Assembly: GCA_963796455.1 (NCBI GenBank)
Contig: CAWCLO010000003.1
Span: forward strand, 32,001-96,000
Direction: 5' to 3'
Source of the DNA: Candidatus Sulfomarinibacteraceae bacterium
GTDB lineage: Bacteria; Acidobacteriota; Thermoanaerobaculia; Thermoanaerobaculales; Sulfomarinibacteraceae
DNA length: 64,000 bases
Under the pieces are notes generated by a model that was not told the origin of the DNA, did not search any database, and saw only the letters and a program-made list of their open reading frames with translations. Both the position numbers and the translations under genes were made by a program. Of this stretch, positions 19,650-30,057 are shown in pieces; the stretch's first letter is position 1; each line of letters begins with the position of its first letter.

Positions 19650-20518
19650 ATGAGACAGATGAGTCGACTGCTGAGCTATGGCGCCCTGCTCCTATTGCTC
19701 GGTGTCACGGGAGTTGGAGAGACCGCAGACGGCGACCGCGAGGCGTCGGAGATGTGTGCGGTCTGCCACGACACCGTCGCCGAGGAATTCAATCAAACAA
19801 TCCACGCCCCGAATCGGGCCAACGCACCATCGTGCGTGACGTGCCACGGCGACGGCGCCGAGCACATGGAAAACGACGGTGATCCGGCATTCATGGACGT
19901 CCCGCGAGGTGCTTCCGCCGCGGCGACCTGCATGCAGTGCCACGGGCAGATTCAGACGATGTTCTCGAATCGTTCAGCTCACGCCGACAGCGGCGTGCAC
20001 TGCGATTCGTGCCACGCGGTCCACTCGACGGACCAGGCGCAGCCGATGCAGCTCGCCAAGGCAGCCAACCAACTCTGTGCGGACTGCCACTCATCCGAGA
20101 CGAGCTCATTCAAAAAGCCCTTCGGTCATGATCTCGATCGCGGCGGGCTCCAGTGCATCTCGTGCCACAACCCGCAGGCGGCGGCGGCGATGCGAGCCTC
20201 AAGGTCGATCGTTCGGGCGAGGCTGTCTGCGTTTCGTGCCATGCCGAGAAGAGAGGGCCCTTCGTCTATCCTCACGTGAGCGACGTCGCCGGTACCTGCA
20301 TGAGCTGTCACGAGCCGCACGGTTCGACCAACCCGTTGGCGCTCAAGAGATCGCAGGTGGCTCAGCTCTGCCTCGAGTGCCACAGCGTCTTTGACGGCCA
20401 GACCTTCGGGTCGCAACCGCCGTCCTTCCACGATCTCCGGAGCCCGCGGTATCAAAACTGCACGACCTGTCACGTCACGGTGCACGGTTCGAACACCTCA
20501 CCGCTGTTGTTGAAGTAG
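19650..20518 (+). CDS. DmsE/MtrA-family decaheme cytochrome c, one base missing near 20176
   Basis: 6 CxxCH in ORF 19632-20279 plus 4 in ORF 20153-20518; adding one C restores CISCHNPHG; HAEKRGPF, CHEPHGS, HGSN motifs. Confidence 0.88.
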
Positions 20519-20529
20519 GGGGTGAGACG

Positions 20530-22467
20530 ATGAAAACACTCCGTCTTTCAATCGCCACACTCTTCATCATCGCCGCCGGCTCGATGGTCTTTGCCCAATC
20601 GACCGCCTTCGATGTCGAACTCGGGTATCAGGACGTCGACGTCAACGGCAACGAGGACATGTTCCGGACTCAGATCAACCAGGACAGCGGCTTTGTCCTG
20701 CGGAATCTCTCGATCAACTACATCGATCCGACCGGGGAGTCGTCCTTTGCCGACCGTCTGCGGATCGACGCCTCCGGTTTCGGCGGCAATCCCGCTGGTC
20801 GGTTGCGTCTCGACATGGGCCGCGACAAGACCTACCGGTTGCGTCTCTTCTACCAGGAGTTCAAGACCTACAGCGCCCTCCCGGCCTATGCCAATCCCCT
20901 GCTCGATGACGGGGTGACGCCGGGTCAGCACACCTGGGATCGCACCCGCAACGTCCTCGACATCCAACTCGAGTTTCCGATCTGGAAATCGATCACGCCG
21001 CTCGTCGGCTACCGTTGGAACCGCTATGAGGGACCCGGGCAGACCACCTACAGCGTAGGCCAGGACGAGTTCCGTGTCTCCTCCGACCTCGAGCAGACCG
21101 AGTCCGAGTTCTACGTCGGTCTGAATTTTCAAACCGACGCGATCAATGGATCCTTTACCCAGGGTTGGCGCAACTTCGATGGCAAGAGCAGCCAAAGCCT
21201 CGCTCCGGGCGAAGGCGTCGGGAACAATCCCGGCGACACCCTTGGACAACCGGTGGAGCTCGACTCCTTCGATCGCACCACCAGGACCGACGCCGAAACG
21301 CCGGTCACGACCTTCCATATCGCCGCGCGGGCCAGCGATAACGTCCGCCTGGTCGGGTCCTATGTGCGCGCCGACTACGACGGCGACACCTCGATGGACG
21401 AGATGCTCTCGGGAAGCCTCGTTTCGTTCCAACTGTCGCGCTTCTTCCAGGGCCTCGACCAGACCATCGAAAGTCGCACCGAGAACCCCTTCTACCGTGC
21501 CGAAGCACGAGCCGAGTTCGATCTCAGCCACAAGGTAGGGCTCAAGGTCGGGTATCAGGCACGCCACCGTGAGCTCGAAGGTTGGTCGATGGTATCGAGC
21601 CTCTTCATGGACACGCTCAATTTCGGCGGCTTCGATCCACGGGACATCGAGGTCCTGGTGGAGACCCAATCGGGTTACGAACGCGATGACAAGATCGCGA
21701 ATCTCCGTTTTGATTTCCGAGATCTCGGCAAGTTCTCCCTGTGGGCCGAATACGGGGCCAACAATCAGAGCCTCAGCGTCTCACAGGATGTTGCCCAGAT
21801 CGTGCTCCCCGGTGGGCAACAGGGCGACTTCAGCCGCCGGATCAATATGTATGACCTCGGCGGGAGGTTGGATCTCGGCAACGCAAAAATCATCCTCGAC
21901 TTCACCGGTCAGGACTCGGACGAGATCATCATGCGGACCGATTACAACGATCGCAGCCGGATCCGCGGCCGGGTGGACTGGAAAATCAGCCGCATGTTCC
22001 GGGTGCTCGCCACCGCCGAGAAGATCGACACCGACAACAATTCGTCGGGAGTCGGATACGAGGCGCAGACCGAGCGCTTTGCAATCGACGTCGATTTCAC
22101 GCCGAGCGAGAACTTCATGCTCGGAGTGGCCTGGGACTCTTACGATACGGACACCGAGATTCCCTACCGGGTTCCCCAAACTCTGGGCACGGCTCAGTCG
22201 ATCTACGCCGAAGAGGGCGAAGTATTGACGGGTGATCTGCGGTGGATGGTCTCGATCCTCACCATTGACGCGGCGTATTCGACCTTCGAGAACGAGGGTA
22301 GCTTCCCCTTCAAAATGGATCGCGCCTTCGCCCGGCTCGCAGTCGATTTCAGCAAGAACTGGGCCGCCGCACTGGAATACGAAAGCTGGGACTACAGCGA
22401 AAACCTGTTCCCGATTGCAGATTATGACGCCACCCGATACGGCGTTTATTTGCGCTGGCACCAATAG
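20530..22467 (+). CDS. MtrB/PioB-like outer-membrane beta-barrel porin
   Basis: Signal peptide, alternating amphipathic strands, aromatic C-terminus (YGVYLRWHQ), directly after the MtrA-like gene. Confidence 0.8.
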   Translation: MKTLRLSIATLFIIAAGSMVFAQSTAFDVELGYQDVDVNGNEDMFRTQINQDSGFVLRNLSINYIDPTGESSFADRLRIDASGFGGNPAGRLRLDMGRDKTYRLRLFYQEFKTYSALPAYANPLLDDGVTPGQHTWDRTRNVLDIQLEFPIWKSITPLVGYRWNRYEGPGQTTYSVGQDEFRVSSDLEQTESEFYVGLNFQTDAINGSFTQGWRNFDGKSSQSLAPGEGVGNNPGDTLGQPVELDSFDRTTRTDAETPVTTFHIAARASDNVRLVGSYVRADYDGDTSMDEMLSGSLVSFQLSRFFQGLDQTIESRTENPFYRAEARAEFDLSHKVGLKVGYQARHRELEGWSMVSSLFMDTLNFGGFDPRDIEVLVETQSGYERDDKIANLRFDFRDLGKFSLWAEYGANNQSLSVSQDVAQIVLPGGQQGDFSRRINMYDLGGRLDLGNAKIILDFTGQDSDEIIMRTDYNDRSRIRGRVDWKISRMFRVLATAEKIDTDNNSSGVGYEAQTERFAIDVDFTPSENFMLGVAWDSYDTDTEIPYRVPQTLGTAQSIYAEEGEVLTGDLRWMVSILTIDAAYSTFENEGSFPFKMDRAFARLAVDFSKNWAAALEYESWDYSENLFPIADYDATRYGVYLRWHQ

Positions 22468-22509
22468 GGCAAGCGCTTCAGAACAGACTCCCCAGGGGGG
22501 AGGAGGAGG

Positions 22510-22535
22510 AAGGGGGCCGGAAGGCCCCCTTTTTT
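22510..22535 (+). terminator. Rho-independent terminator
   Basis: aagggggcc-ggaa-ggcccccttttt. Confidence 0.88.
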
Positions 22536-22536
22536 A

Positions 22537-22649
22537 ATTTTGGATTTGCGGATTTGGGATTTGGGATTTGAACACGGGTTTCCTTCGCCAGAATTCCTAC
22601 AGCCGGCCGGGCCGAAATTTCGAAATCCAAAATCCGAAATCCGAAATCT
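22537..22649. repeat. Inverted pair of heptamer arrays (TTGGGAT)n ... (AAATCCG)n
   Basis: ttttggatttgcggatttgggatttgggattt ... aaatttcgaaatccaaaatccgaaatccgaaatc. Confidence 0.85.
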
Positions 22650-22669
22650 GGTGCTATCCTCCCCTGCCG

Positions 22670-23968
22670 ATGCAGGACGAGACGGTCACCCTCCCGCGCG
22701 TTTTTCGCTTCTGGCTGCCGCTGGCGGCCACGTGGCTGATGATGGCGGTCGAGGGGCCGTTCCTGGCCGCGATCATCGCCCGTCTGGCTGAACCGACCTA
22801 TAACCTTGCCGCCTATGGGGTGGCCTACTCGCTGGCGCTGGTGATCGAAGCGCCGGTGATCATGTTCATGAGCGCCTCCACCGCCCTCGCCCGCAACCGC
22901 CTGTCCTATTTGCGGCTGCGCAACTTCACCCATGCCATCAACATCGGTGTCACCGTGGCGATGGCGCTGGTGCTGGTACCGCCGGTTTTTCGCTGGTTTG
23001 CAGGGGACGTGATCGGTCTCCCGCCCGATGTCGCTTCGAGAACCCACATTGCCCTGCTCATCCTCCTACCGTGGCCTGCGACCATCGGTTTTCGACGTTT
23101 CTACCAGGGCGTTTTGATCCGCCACGATCTGACGCGCTGGGTGGCCTACGGCACCATCGTTCGGCTGGTGGCCATGTTCGGCACAGCCATCGCGCTCGCC
23201 CTCGACGGGCGGCTTGAAGGCGCCTATGTCGGGGCAGCTGCTCTGACCGCCGGCGTTTCAGCAGAGGCCGTCACCGCAGCGATCATGGCCAGGGGCCCTG
23301 TCAGCAGCCTGCTCCGCGATGTCTCAGAACCCACCGGCGCCGCCACAAGCTACTCGGGCCTGGCAAAGTTCTACTATCCTTTGGCGCTGACCACCATGCT
23401 CAGTCTCGGCATCCACCCGGTGGTCACCTTCTTTGTCGGCAACAGCCGGGCCCCCCTCGAGTCCCTGGCGGTTCTGCCGGTGGTGGGCTCGCTTGTTTTT
23501 GTTTTTCGAAGCCTCGGGCTCGCCTATCAGGAGGTGGTGATCGCCCTCATCGGCGACAACCACCAGAATTACCGTTGTCTCCGTCGATTCGGTATGGCCC
23601 TCGGGCTGGCGGTCGTCGGGGGTCTCGCGCTGATCGCCTGGACCCCCCTTGCAGGCGTCTGGTTTCGCACTCTCTCCGGGCTCTCACCGGAGCTCGCTGA
23701 ATTCGCCCTCGCTCCAACCCGGATTCTGACGATCATCCCGGGGCTGTCCGCATTGTTGTCATTTCAACGGGCGATCGCCGTCGTCCGGCAGACCACCGAT
23801 TCGATCACCTGGGCCACTCTCATCGAGGTCGTTGTCGTTGTGGCGGTCCTGTGGCTCGCGATCACCCGACTCGATGCCGTCGGTGCGGTGGCTGCGGCAA
23901 CAGCGCTGGTGATCGGGCGGCTCGGGGCCAATGCGTGGTTGGTGCCGACGCTCAAAGAGAAGGCTTGA
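22670..23968 (+). CDS. MATE/MOP-superfamily (ANKH-like) membrane transporter
   Basis: About 12 TM segments, internal two-fold repeat (FWLPLAAT / FYYPLALT), RRFYQGVLIR. Confidence 0.75.
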   Translation: MQDETVTLPRVFRFWLPLAATWLMMAVEGPFLAAIIARLAEPTYNLAAYGVAYSLALVIEAPVIMFMSASTALARNRLSYLRLRNFTHAINIGVTVAMALVLVPPVFRWFAGDVIGLPPDVASRTHIALLILLPWPATIGFRRFYQGVLIRHDLTRWVAYGTIVRLVAMFGTAIALALDGRLEGAYVGAAALTAGVSAEAVTAAIMARGPVSSLLRDVSEPTGAATSYSGLAKFYYPLALTTMLSLGIHPVVTFFVGNSRAPLESLAVLPVVGSLVFVFRSLGLAYQEVVIALIGDNHQNYRCLRRFGMALGLAVVGGLALIAWTPLAGVWFRTLSGLSPELAEFALAPTRILTIIPGLSALLSFQRAIAVVRQTTDSITWATLIEVVVVVAVLWLAITRLDAVGAVAAATALVIGRLGANAWLVPTLKEKA

Positions 23969-24062
23969 GACCTGAGGCCTGAGGCTTGGGGCCTGGGGCC
24001 TGGGGCTTGGGGCTTGGCCTGATACCGGACGATCAGCAATTCCTCAAGCCCCGACCCCAAGC
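23962..24062. repeat. Heptamer array (GGCCTGA/GGCCTGG/GGCTTGG) with a short inverted partner
   Basis: Starts at the stop codon; inverted caagccccgaccccaagc at about 24045-24062. Confidence 0.85.
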
Positions 24063-24313
24063 GCCGTTATTGCGCCCCTGACCCAACCTCCGCAGCGCTC
24101 TGCCAATCCACCCCGTTTCTGCTCGGAAGCGCCCTCCACGCGAACAGAAACAAAACTCAGTCTCAAAAAAAGATCCTGTAACAAAGGCTTTGTTTCGAAA
24201 TCCTCATGATATTCTCCCGCCGAGAACTCACCTCCGCTCCGGGGAGCATCCAAACAACTCCGGGCTGGGTGGTCCCCGAGGCCATCCTCCCAGGAACTCT
24301 CAGGGAGGTATGA

Positions 24314-24955
24314 ATGGCCAAGAAGATTCTTCTCGTTGTCGCGGTGGCGCTCCTCGTCCTGCCTGCGCTCGCAGAGGCGCAGGGGAACTGGATCTTCCGG
24401 GTTCGAGGCATCAACGTCTCACCCAATGACTCGAGTTCGGAGATCCTCGACACCGGCACTCATATCACTGTCGCTTCCAGATCGAGTTTCGAGATTGACG
24501 TCACCTATATGTTTTCCGAACATGTCGGATTGGAGGTCATCGCAGCCACCACCCGCCATGATCTGGCGACATCCGGAGGCGCGTTGGGCGGAGCAAACGC
24601 CGGATCGGTCAAGGTGTTGCCACCGACCATCACACTGCAATATCACTTTGGCGGCGGATCGATTCGTCCCTACGCCGGGATCGGTCTCAACTTCACCTAT
24701 TTTTACAGCTACGATCTGTCCGACGATCTGGCTGACCTCGGGATTACCGATGTCGGCTTTTCGAACTCCTTCGGGCTCGCCGGCGATATCGGCCTCGACT
24801 TCGGCCTCGGCGACAATTGGCTTGTCAACCTCGACGTCAAATACATCATGATATCGACCGACGCCAGACTGAAGGTGGGTTCCGACACTCTGGATACGGT
24901 GAAGGTCGATATCAATCCATGGGTCTTCGGCGTCGGCATCGGGTACCGCTTCTGA
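24314..24955 (+). CDS. ompW: OmpW-family outer membrane protein
   Basis: Signal peptide; LPPTITLQYHF, IRPYAGIGLNFT, INPWVFGVGIGYRF. Confidence 0.92.
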   Translation: MAKKILLVVAVALLVLPALAEAQGNWIFRVRGINVSPNDSSSEILDTGTHITVASRSSFEIDVTYMFSEHVGLEVIAATTRHDLATSGGALGGANAGSVKVLPPTITLQYHFGGGSIRPYAGIGLNFTYFYSYDLSDDLADLGITDVGFSNSFGLAGDIGLDFGLGDNWLVNLDVKYIMISTDARLKVGSDTLDTVKVDINPWVFGVGIGYRF

Positions 24956-25140
24956 CGCACGATTCGGTCGCTTCGCTCCCTGGCTGAGGAGGGCATTCGG
25001 TCCGCGCCGGCGATGCCGGCGCGTGGCTGATGCCAGCGCTGAAAGCGCAGAGGCTTGCGGCTTCGGGATGAAACGCCCATCCACGCTGCAGACCGCAGAT
25101 ATGAAATCAAATCCACTTTCATGAATCCTTGAACCGCATG

Positions 25141-25443
25141 CACTCTTGGCCAAGGCAAAGTCTCGGATACCCTCCAGGGACAGCGTCAGCAAACAGGAAT
25201 CAGGGGCAGCAATCAGGTGCAGTGACGGCGTGGTCACCTCCGGGTCGTTCAACAGAAGGAACAGCCGCTGTGGTGTAGGCGTCTCGCCTGCACACCGTGC
25301 GGCCGAGACGGCCGCACCACCAAGCCCGGATCCCCGAAGAAATGAGCGCTGTTCACTGTCCCGGCCGCTGACCGCTGACGCTGATGACTGAACACTGCCG
25401 CTGTCCCTGATCGCTGTCCGAAACTCTGTCTTGGACAAGAGTG
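25141..25443 (+). mobile_element. Four-helix-bundle element family, copy C (303 bp, both terminal repeats, REP doublet centre; MITE-like)
   Basis: Left cactcttggccaaggcaaagtctcgga...cagggacagcg versus right cgctgtccctga...tccgaaactctgtcttggacaagagtg; central 50 bp identical to copy B. Confidence 0.78.
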
Positions 25444-25571
25444 ATCGAGTATCGAGCATCGTGTTGCGCGTTCTCCCTTTCCCCCTTTCACCCTTTCACC
25501 CCTGCCCCTCTGCCATGGGGCGGCTCGTGCTCCCATTCGGGATCGGGATCAGGATCGGAACGGTCGTTCAA

Positions 25572-25727
25572 GATGTCATCCTGAGCGAAGTGCCTTTGGC
25601 GCGAAGTCGAAGGACCCGTTCGACTCGCGTTGCTCGCTCAGGGCAGGTTCTGCGGCTTGAGATGGTTGCGGTCCGTCTCATAGATCCTTCGACTACGCCC
25701 CTGTGGGGCTCCGCTCAGGATGACATC
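25572..25727. repeat. Palindromic REP-like element, TGTCATCCTGAGCG...CGCTCAGGATGACA, copy 1
   Basis: Terminal inverted repeat gatgtcatcctgagcg / cgctcaggatgacatc; close copy at 32687-32838. Confidence 0.85.
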
Positions 25728-25769
25728 GGGGGGCGACATTCCCATGCGCGAGAAACCGGTGCCGAACGG

Positions 25770-25900
25770 TTCTCCCTTTCTCCCTTGCCCCCTTTCTCCC
25801 TTTCTCCCTTTCCCCCTTTCTCTCCCTTTCTCCCTTGCTCCCTTTCTCCCTTTCCCCCCTGCCCCTCTGCCCCTCTGCTCCTCTGCCCCTCTGCCCCTCT
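25770..25900. repeat. Pyrimidine-rich octamer arrays (TTTCTCCC)n then (CCCCTCTG)n
   Basis: Directly visible, about 16 degenerate 8-nt units. Confidence 0.9.
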
Positions 25901-25974
25901 GTCATATTCGGGCGCGGACGCGGACACGGGACGAAGGTTTCGATAGAATCAACGGTCCTGAAAGGAGCACCGCG

Positions 25975-26967
25975 ATGGAATACCGCTTTCTCGGCAATTC
26001 GGGTCTCAAGGTCTCGGCATTGAGCTTTGGGGCATGGGTCACCTTCGGCCCGCAGATGAATGAGGAAATCGCCGCCGAGTGCATGCACGCCGCCTGGGAA
26101 GCGGGGGTCAATTTCTTTGACAACGCCGAGGTCTATGCCGCCGGGGTGGCGGAGCAGATCATGGGCTCGGTGCTCGCCAAATCCGGCTGGAAACGATCGG
26201 ATTTCGTCGTCTCGACCAAGATCTACTGGGGTGGTGAGGGCCCGAATGACCGGGGCTTGTCGAGAAAACACATCGTCGAAGGCACCGATGCCGCCCTCGC
26301 CCGTCTCCAACTCGACTATGTGGATCTGATCTTCTGCCACCGGGCCGATCTCCATACCCCGGTCGAGGAGACTGTTCGCGCAATGAACCACGTGATCGAC
26401 CACGGCAAGGCCCTCTACTGGGGAACCAGCGAGTGGCCGGCCGAGCGGATCCTCGAGGCCTATCACGTGGCCCGCCGCGAACACCTGGTGCCGCCGCTCA
26501 TGGAGCAGCCGCAGTACAACCTCTTTCACCGCGATCGCGTCGAGCGCGAGTACGCTCCTTTGTTTGAACGCATCGGCCTCGGATCCACCATCTGGAGCCC
26601 ACTTGCCAGCGGTCTCCTCACCGGCAAGTACAACGACGGAATCCCTCCCGGGACCCGTAGCACCCTCGAAGGATACGAGTTCCTCCGATCACGCCTGGAA
26701 GGATCACAGGCCGAAGAAAAGATCGCCAAGGTCCGGGAGTTGACTGGAGTCGCCACAGAACTCGGTTGCACCATGGCCCAACTGGCGATTGCCTGGTGTC
26801 TCGCCAACCCGAACGTGAGCACCGCCATCACCGGCGCCTCACGCCCCGAACAGGTCCGCGAGAACATGAAGGCGATGGAGGTCTTCGAACAACTGACGCC
26901 CGAAATTCTCAACCGCATCGAAAACATCGTGGGCAACAAGCCCGAGCCCGAACAGGACTGGCGCTGA
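25975..26967 (+). CDS. Aldo/keto reductase (Kv-beta-like subfamily)
   Basis: [46 protein letters not shown] aaggag. Confidence 0.93.
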   Translation: MEYRFLGNSGLKVSALSFGAWVTFGPQMNEEIAAECMHAAWEAGVNFFDNAEVYAAGVAEQIMGSVLAKSGWKRSDFVVSTKIYWGGEGPNDRGLSRKHIVEGTDAALARLQLDYVDLIFCHRADLHTPVEETVRAMNHVIDHGKALYWGTSEWPAERILEAYHVARREHLVPPLMEQPQYNLFHRDRVEREYAPLFERIGLGSTIWSPLASGLLTGKYNDGIPPGTRSTLEGYEFLRSRLEGSQAEEKIAKVRELTGVATELGCTMAQLAIAWCLANPNVSTAITGASRPEQVRENMKAMEVFEQLTPEILNRIENIVGNKPEPEQDWR

Positions 26968-27008
26968 GCGTCCTGACCGCCGAGTCATCGCCAATTGGAG
27001 GTATCGAC

Positions 27009-28547
27009 GTGCCCGAAAACCTGGCCCTCGCCAACCCACTGACCGTGCTCCTGGACAAGAACAGAACCGATTTCACCCGCGCCGACATGTTGCGTGTCAT
27101 CAAAGAGCGCGGTATCGAACGATTGACCTTCCACTACACGAGCCTGGATGGAAAGTTTCGCGAACTGAAACTCCCGGTCAGCGATTTTGACCAGGCCGAG
27201 AGAGTTCTGGCATCGGGCGAACGGGTTGACGGATCGTCCCTCTTTCCGGGTCTTGTCGACACCGCCTCGTCAGATCTTTATGTCGTGCCCAGCTACAGCA
27301 GCGCGTTTTTCAGCCCCTTCGACAACTGCAGCCTCAACTTCATCTGTCGCTTTCTCGACCGGGACGGCGAGCTCGCGCCCTTCACTCCGGACAATATTCT
27401 GACCCTCGCCCACCGGAGATTCCAGGAACGCACCGGGCTCGAGTTGCACGCTCTCGGTGAGCTCGAGTTCTTCCTGGTTCGGGAAGGTGGCCCCGAGAAT
27501 TTCGCAGCCAATCGCCAGACCGGCTATCACGCGTCTTCTCCTTTCTTCAAGGGCGGCGACATCGTCAATGAAATGGTTCGGTGCCTCACCCAGATCACCG
27601 GCGCGGTCAAATACGCTCACGCCGAGGTCGGATATATCGATTCGGTGCGTTCGAACCTTCCTTTGTTGAAAGGAAGACGGGCCGAACAGCACGAGATCGA
27701 GTTGCTGACGCGCCCGATCGAGGAGATGGGTGACTATATCGGCCTGTCGCGCTGGATCATCCGCAACGTCGCCCACCGCAACGGCATGCTGGCCACCTTT
27801 GCACCAAAGATCGAGGAAGGGGTGGCCGGCAACGGCCTCCATTTCCATCTCGAGCTGGTCAAGGACGGTCAGAACATCATGTCCGCCAAGGACGGTGGTC
27901 TGACGGAAGAAGCCCGAAAGCTGATCGCGGGTCTGGTGCACTACGCTTCCACCCTCTCGGCTTTCGGCAACACAGTCGCCTCGTCGTTTCTCCGGCTGGT
28001 CCCCAACCAGGAGGCACCGACCCGTATCTGTTGGAGCAACAACAACCGCTCCGCCCTGATCCGGGTGCCCCTCGGCTGGTCGCAAAAAAGCCACCTCGCG
28101 AGAGTGGTCAACCCTGTTGACGCCGACGAATATGTGGATTCGCGCGGCCGGCAGACCGTCGAGATCCGCTCACCGGACGGTTCAGCGTCCTTTCACCTGC
28201 TCCTGGCCGGTCTCGCCACCGCCGCAGAGTACGGTCTGACCCACGAGGCGATGCTCGATCTGGCAAAGAAGACATACGTCGACGGCAACGTCTTTTCTGA
28301 TGAGAAAAAGATGAAACACCTCGAGGCACTACCGGCCAGCTGTGTTCGGTGCGCGGGCCTGCTGGAAGAGCGCCGTGGGATGTACGAGGACTTCGGAGTC
28401 TTTCCGGCAGCGGTCATCGATCACCAGATCCGGCTGCTTCGCAAAGAAAACGACGAGCACCTCAACTCAGATTTTTCCAAGCTCCCCGCCGAAGAACGAC
28501 TCACGGCCACCCGGGAACTGATGCACAAGGATATTCACCGGCACTAA
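27009..28547 (+). CDS. Glutamine synthetase family protein
   Basis: DGSSL, ELEFF, HAEVG, EQHEIE, GNGLHFH, RLVPNQEAP, NRSALIRVP, EIRSPD; GTG after ggaggt. Confidence 0.88.
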   Translation: MPENLALANPLTVLLDKNRTDFTRADMLRVIKERGIERLTFHYTSLDGKFRELKLPVSDFDQAERVLASGERVDGSSLFPGLVDTASSDLYVVPSYSSAFFSPFDNCSLNFICRFLDRDGELAPFTPDNILTLAHRRFQERTGLELHALGELEFFLVREGGPENFAANRQTGYHASSPFFKGGDIVNEMVRCLTQITGAVKYAHAEVGYIDSVRSNLPLLKGRRAEQHEIELLTRPIEEMGDYIGLSRWIIRNVAHRNGMLATFAPKIEEGVAGNGLHFHLELVKDGQNIMSAKDGGLTEEARKLIAGLVHYASTLSAFGNTVASSFLRLVPNQEAPTRICWSNNNRSALIRVPLGWSQKSHLARVVNPVDADEYVDSRGRQTVEIRSPDGSASFHLLLAGLATAAEYGLTHEAMLDLAKKTYVDGNVFSDEKKMKHLEALPASCVRCAGLLEERRGMYEDFGVFPAAVIDHQIRLLRKENDEHLNSDFSKLPAEERLTATRELMHKDIHRH

Positions 28548-28594
28548 GGCTTGGGGCTTGGGGCTTGGGTCTCAGGGCGTGAGGCTTGTGGCTC
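28546..28594. repeat. Heptamer array (GGCTTGG)n
   Basis: aaggcttggggcttggggcttgggtctcagggcgtgaggcttg at the stop codon. Confidence 0.8.
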
Positions 28595-28632
28595 CGAGCC
28601 AGTGGCTTGAGACTGAGTTTAAAGAAACGGGA

Positions 28633-28691
28633 AATCAACAGGTTAAGGCAATCTCGAGTCTGTTGACGGGCTTCGGAGGTCACCGTAGCAT
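28633..28691 (+). promoter_or_regulatory. Sigma70-type promoter with an upstream IHF-consensus site
   Basis: TTGACG (28663-28668), 17 nt, TAGCAT (28686-28691); AATCAAcaggTTA (28633-28645) fits WATCAANNNNTTR. Confidence 0.6.
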
Positions 28692-28744
28692 GAGGCGTCA
28701 TTCATCGGGATCGCGACATCGATCGCGCGAGAAGGAGGCTTGAT

Positions 28745-30043
28745 GTGATTGCCACGAATCGCAGACGTTTCTTCATGGTGGCGGCAATGCTCTTGATTGT
28801 GCCTTCGATGAGCTTTGGTTCAGGATTCGCGCTCTTCGAGCACGGCAACCGGGGCATGGCCATGGCCGGAGCCATGACAGCGGTTGCCGACGACCCCTCG
28901 GCCCTGTTCTGGAATCCCGCAGGGATGGCCTTCCAAACCGATGAAGGAATCCAACTCATGGTGGGTGTCACCCTGATCCAGGTCGATCAGACCTTCTACG
29001 GCGAGGCGCCCTATCCCGGCGACGGTTATCTTGCCGAGCTCAAAGAGCAGACCTTCACACCGATCCACCTCTATCTCGGGATACCGGTCAACGACCGGCT
29101 CGAGGTGAGTTTTTCGATCAACAACCCCTGGGGCCTGGGCACCTACTGGGACGACGATTTCCTCGGTCGATACATCTCGACCAAGGCGGACATTGAAGGC
29201 TGGAACCTCGGGCTGAGCATGGCTTACAAGCTGTCGGAGAGTTTTGCCTTCGGCCTCGGCTTTGACATCGCCTATTCGACGATCCAACTCCGGCGGACCG
29301 CCGGGCTGATCAACCCCTACAACCAGCGTCTGACGGACGTGGCCGATGCGTTCCTCCGGACCACCGGTTCCGGCAACACCGGTTTCGCCTGGAACGCGGG
29401 TCTGCTTTGGAAGATGGGGTCCGGGTTCCAGCTCGGAGCCCTGTACAGGTCGGGCTACCAGATCGACTTCGAGGGCAAGGGATCCTTCAACCAGATCCCC
29501 ACAGGCTACCCCGAGTTCGACGCGTTGCTCGGAACGGTCTTCCCATTCGGCAGCGATACGCCGATCACCACGACCCTCGAATATCCGGATTTCTGGACCA
29601 TCGGTCTTTCGTGGCAGAACGAGCGCTGGACGGTCTCCGGACAGTACGGAGTCATGGGTTGGGCCGTTTTCGATGAGCTCTCGATCGTTTTCCCCGAACA
29701 ACCACAGTTCAGCCAGGTCGTCCGCGAAGACTATGAAGATGCCGCCCAGTGGCGCATCGGCGCCGAGCTTCGCGCCAGCCAGCACTGGGCCCTCCAAGCG
29801 GGTTATCTCTTCGACGAGACCGGGCAACCGATCGAATCGATGTCGCCGCTGCTGGGCGACGGCGACCGGACCGGCTACTGCGCCGGCATCAGCTATTACA
29901 CCGACAGCTTCCGATTGGACATCGGATACATGAGACTTGAATTCGACGGTCGTTCAACCGAGGGCACCGCGTGGGACGGCTTTGACGGCACCTACGACGG
30001 GTCGGCAAATCTCGGCGGCGCCACCTTCACCTTCAAGTTTTAG
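28745..30043 (+). CDS. FadL/OmpP1-family outer-membrane long-chain fatty acid transporter
   Basis: SGFALFEHG...GMAMAGAMTAVADDPSALFWNPAG plug motif; C-terminal FKF. Confidence 0.9.
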   Translation: MIATNRRRFFMVAAMLLIVPSMSFGSGFALFEHGNRGMAMAGAMTAVADDPSALFWNPAGMAFQTDEGIQLMVGVTLIQVDQTFYGEAPYPGDGYLAELKEQTFTPIHLYLGIPVNDRLEVSFSINNPWGLGTYWDDDFLGRYISTKADIEGWNLGLSMAYKLSESFAFGLGFDIAYSTIQLRRTAGLINPYNQRLTDVADAFLRTTGSGNTGFAWNAGLLWKMGSGFQLGALYRSGYQIDFEGKGSFNQIPTGYPEFDALLGTVFPFGSDTPITTTLEYPDFWTIGLSWQNERWTVSGQYGVMGWAVFDELSIVFPEQPQFSQVVREDYEDAAQWRIGAELRASQHWALQAGYLFDETGQPIESMSPLLGDGDRTGYCAGISYYTDSFRLDIGYMRLEFDGRSTEGTAWDGFDGTYDGSANLGGATFTFKF

Positions 30044-30057
30044 AAAGGGAGGACGAC

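Noticed and set aside
20170..20190. Programmed frameshift or phase variation in the mtrA-like gene
   Set aside because: No slippery heptamer; the GGC run would slip in frame; similar indels occur across unrelated genes, which points to sequence error.
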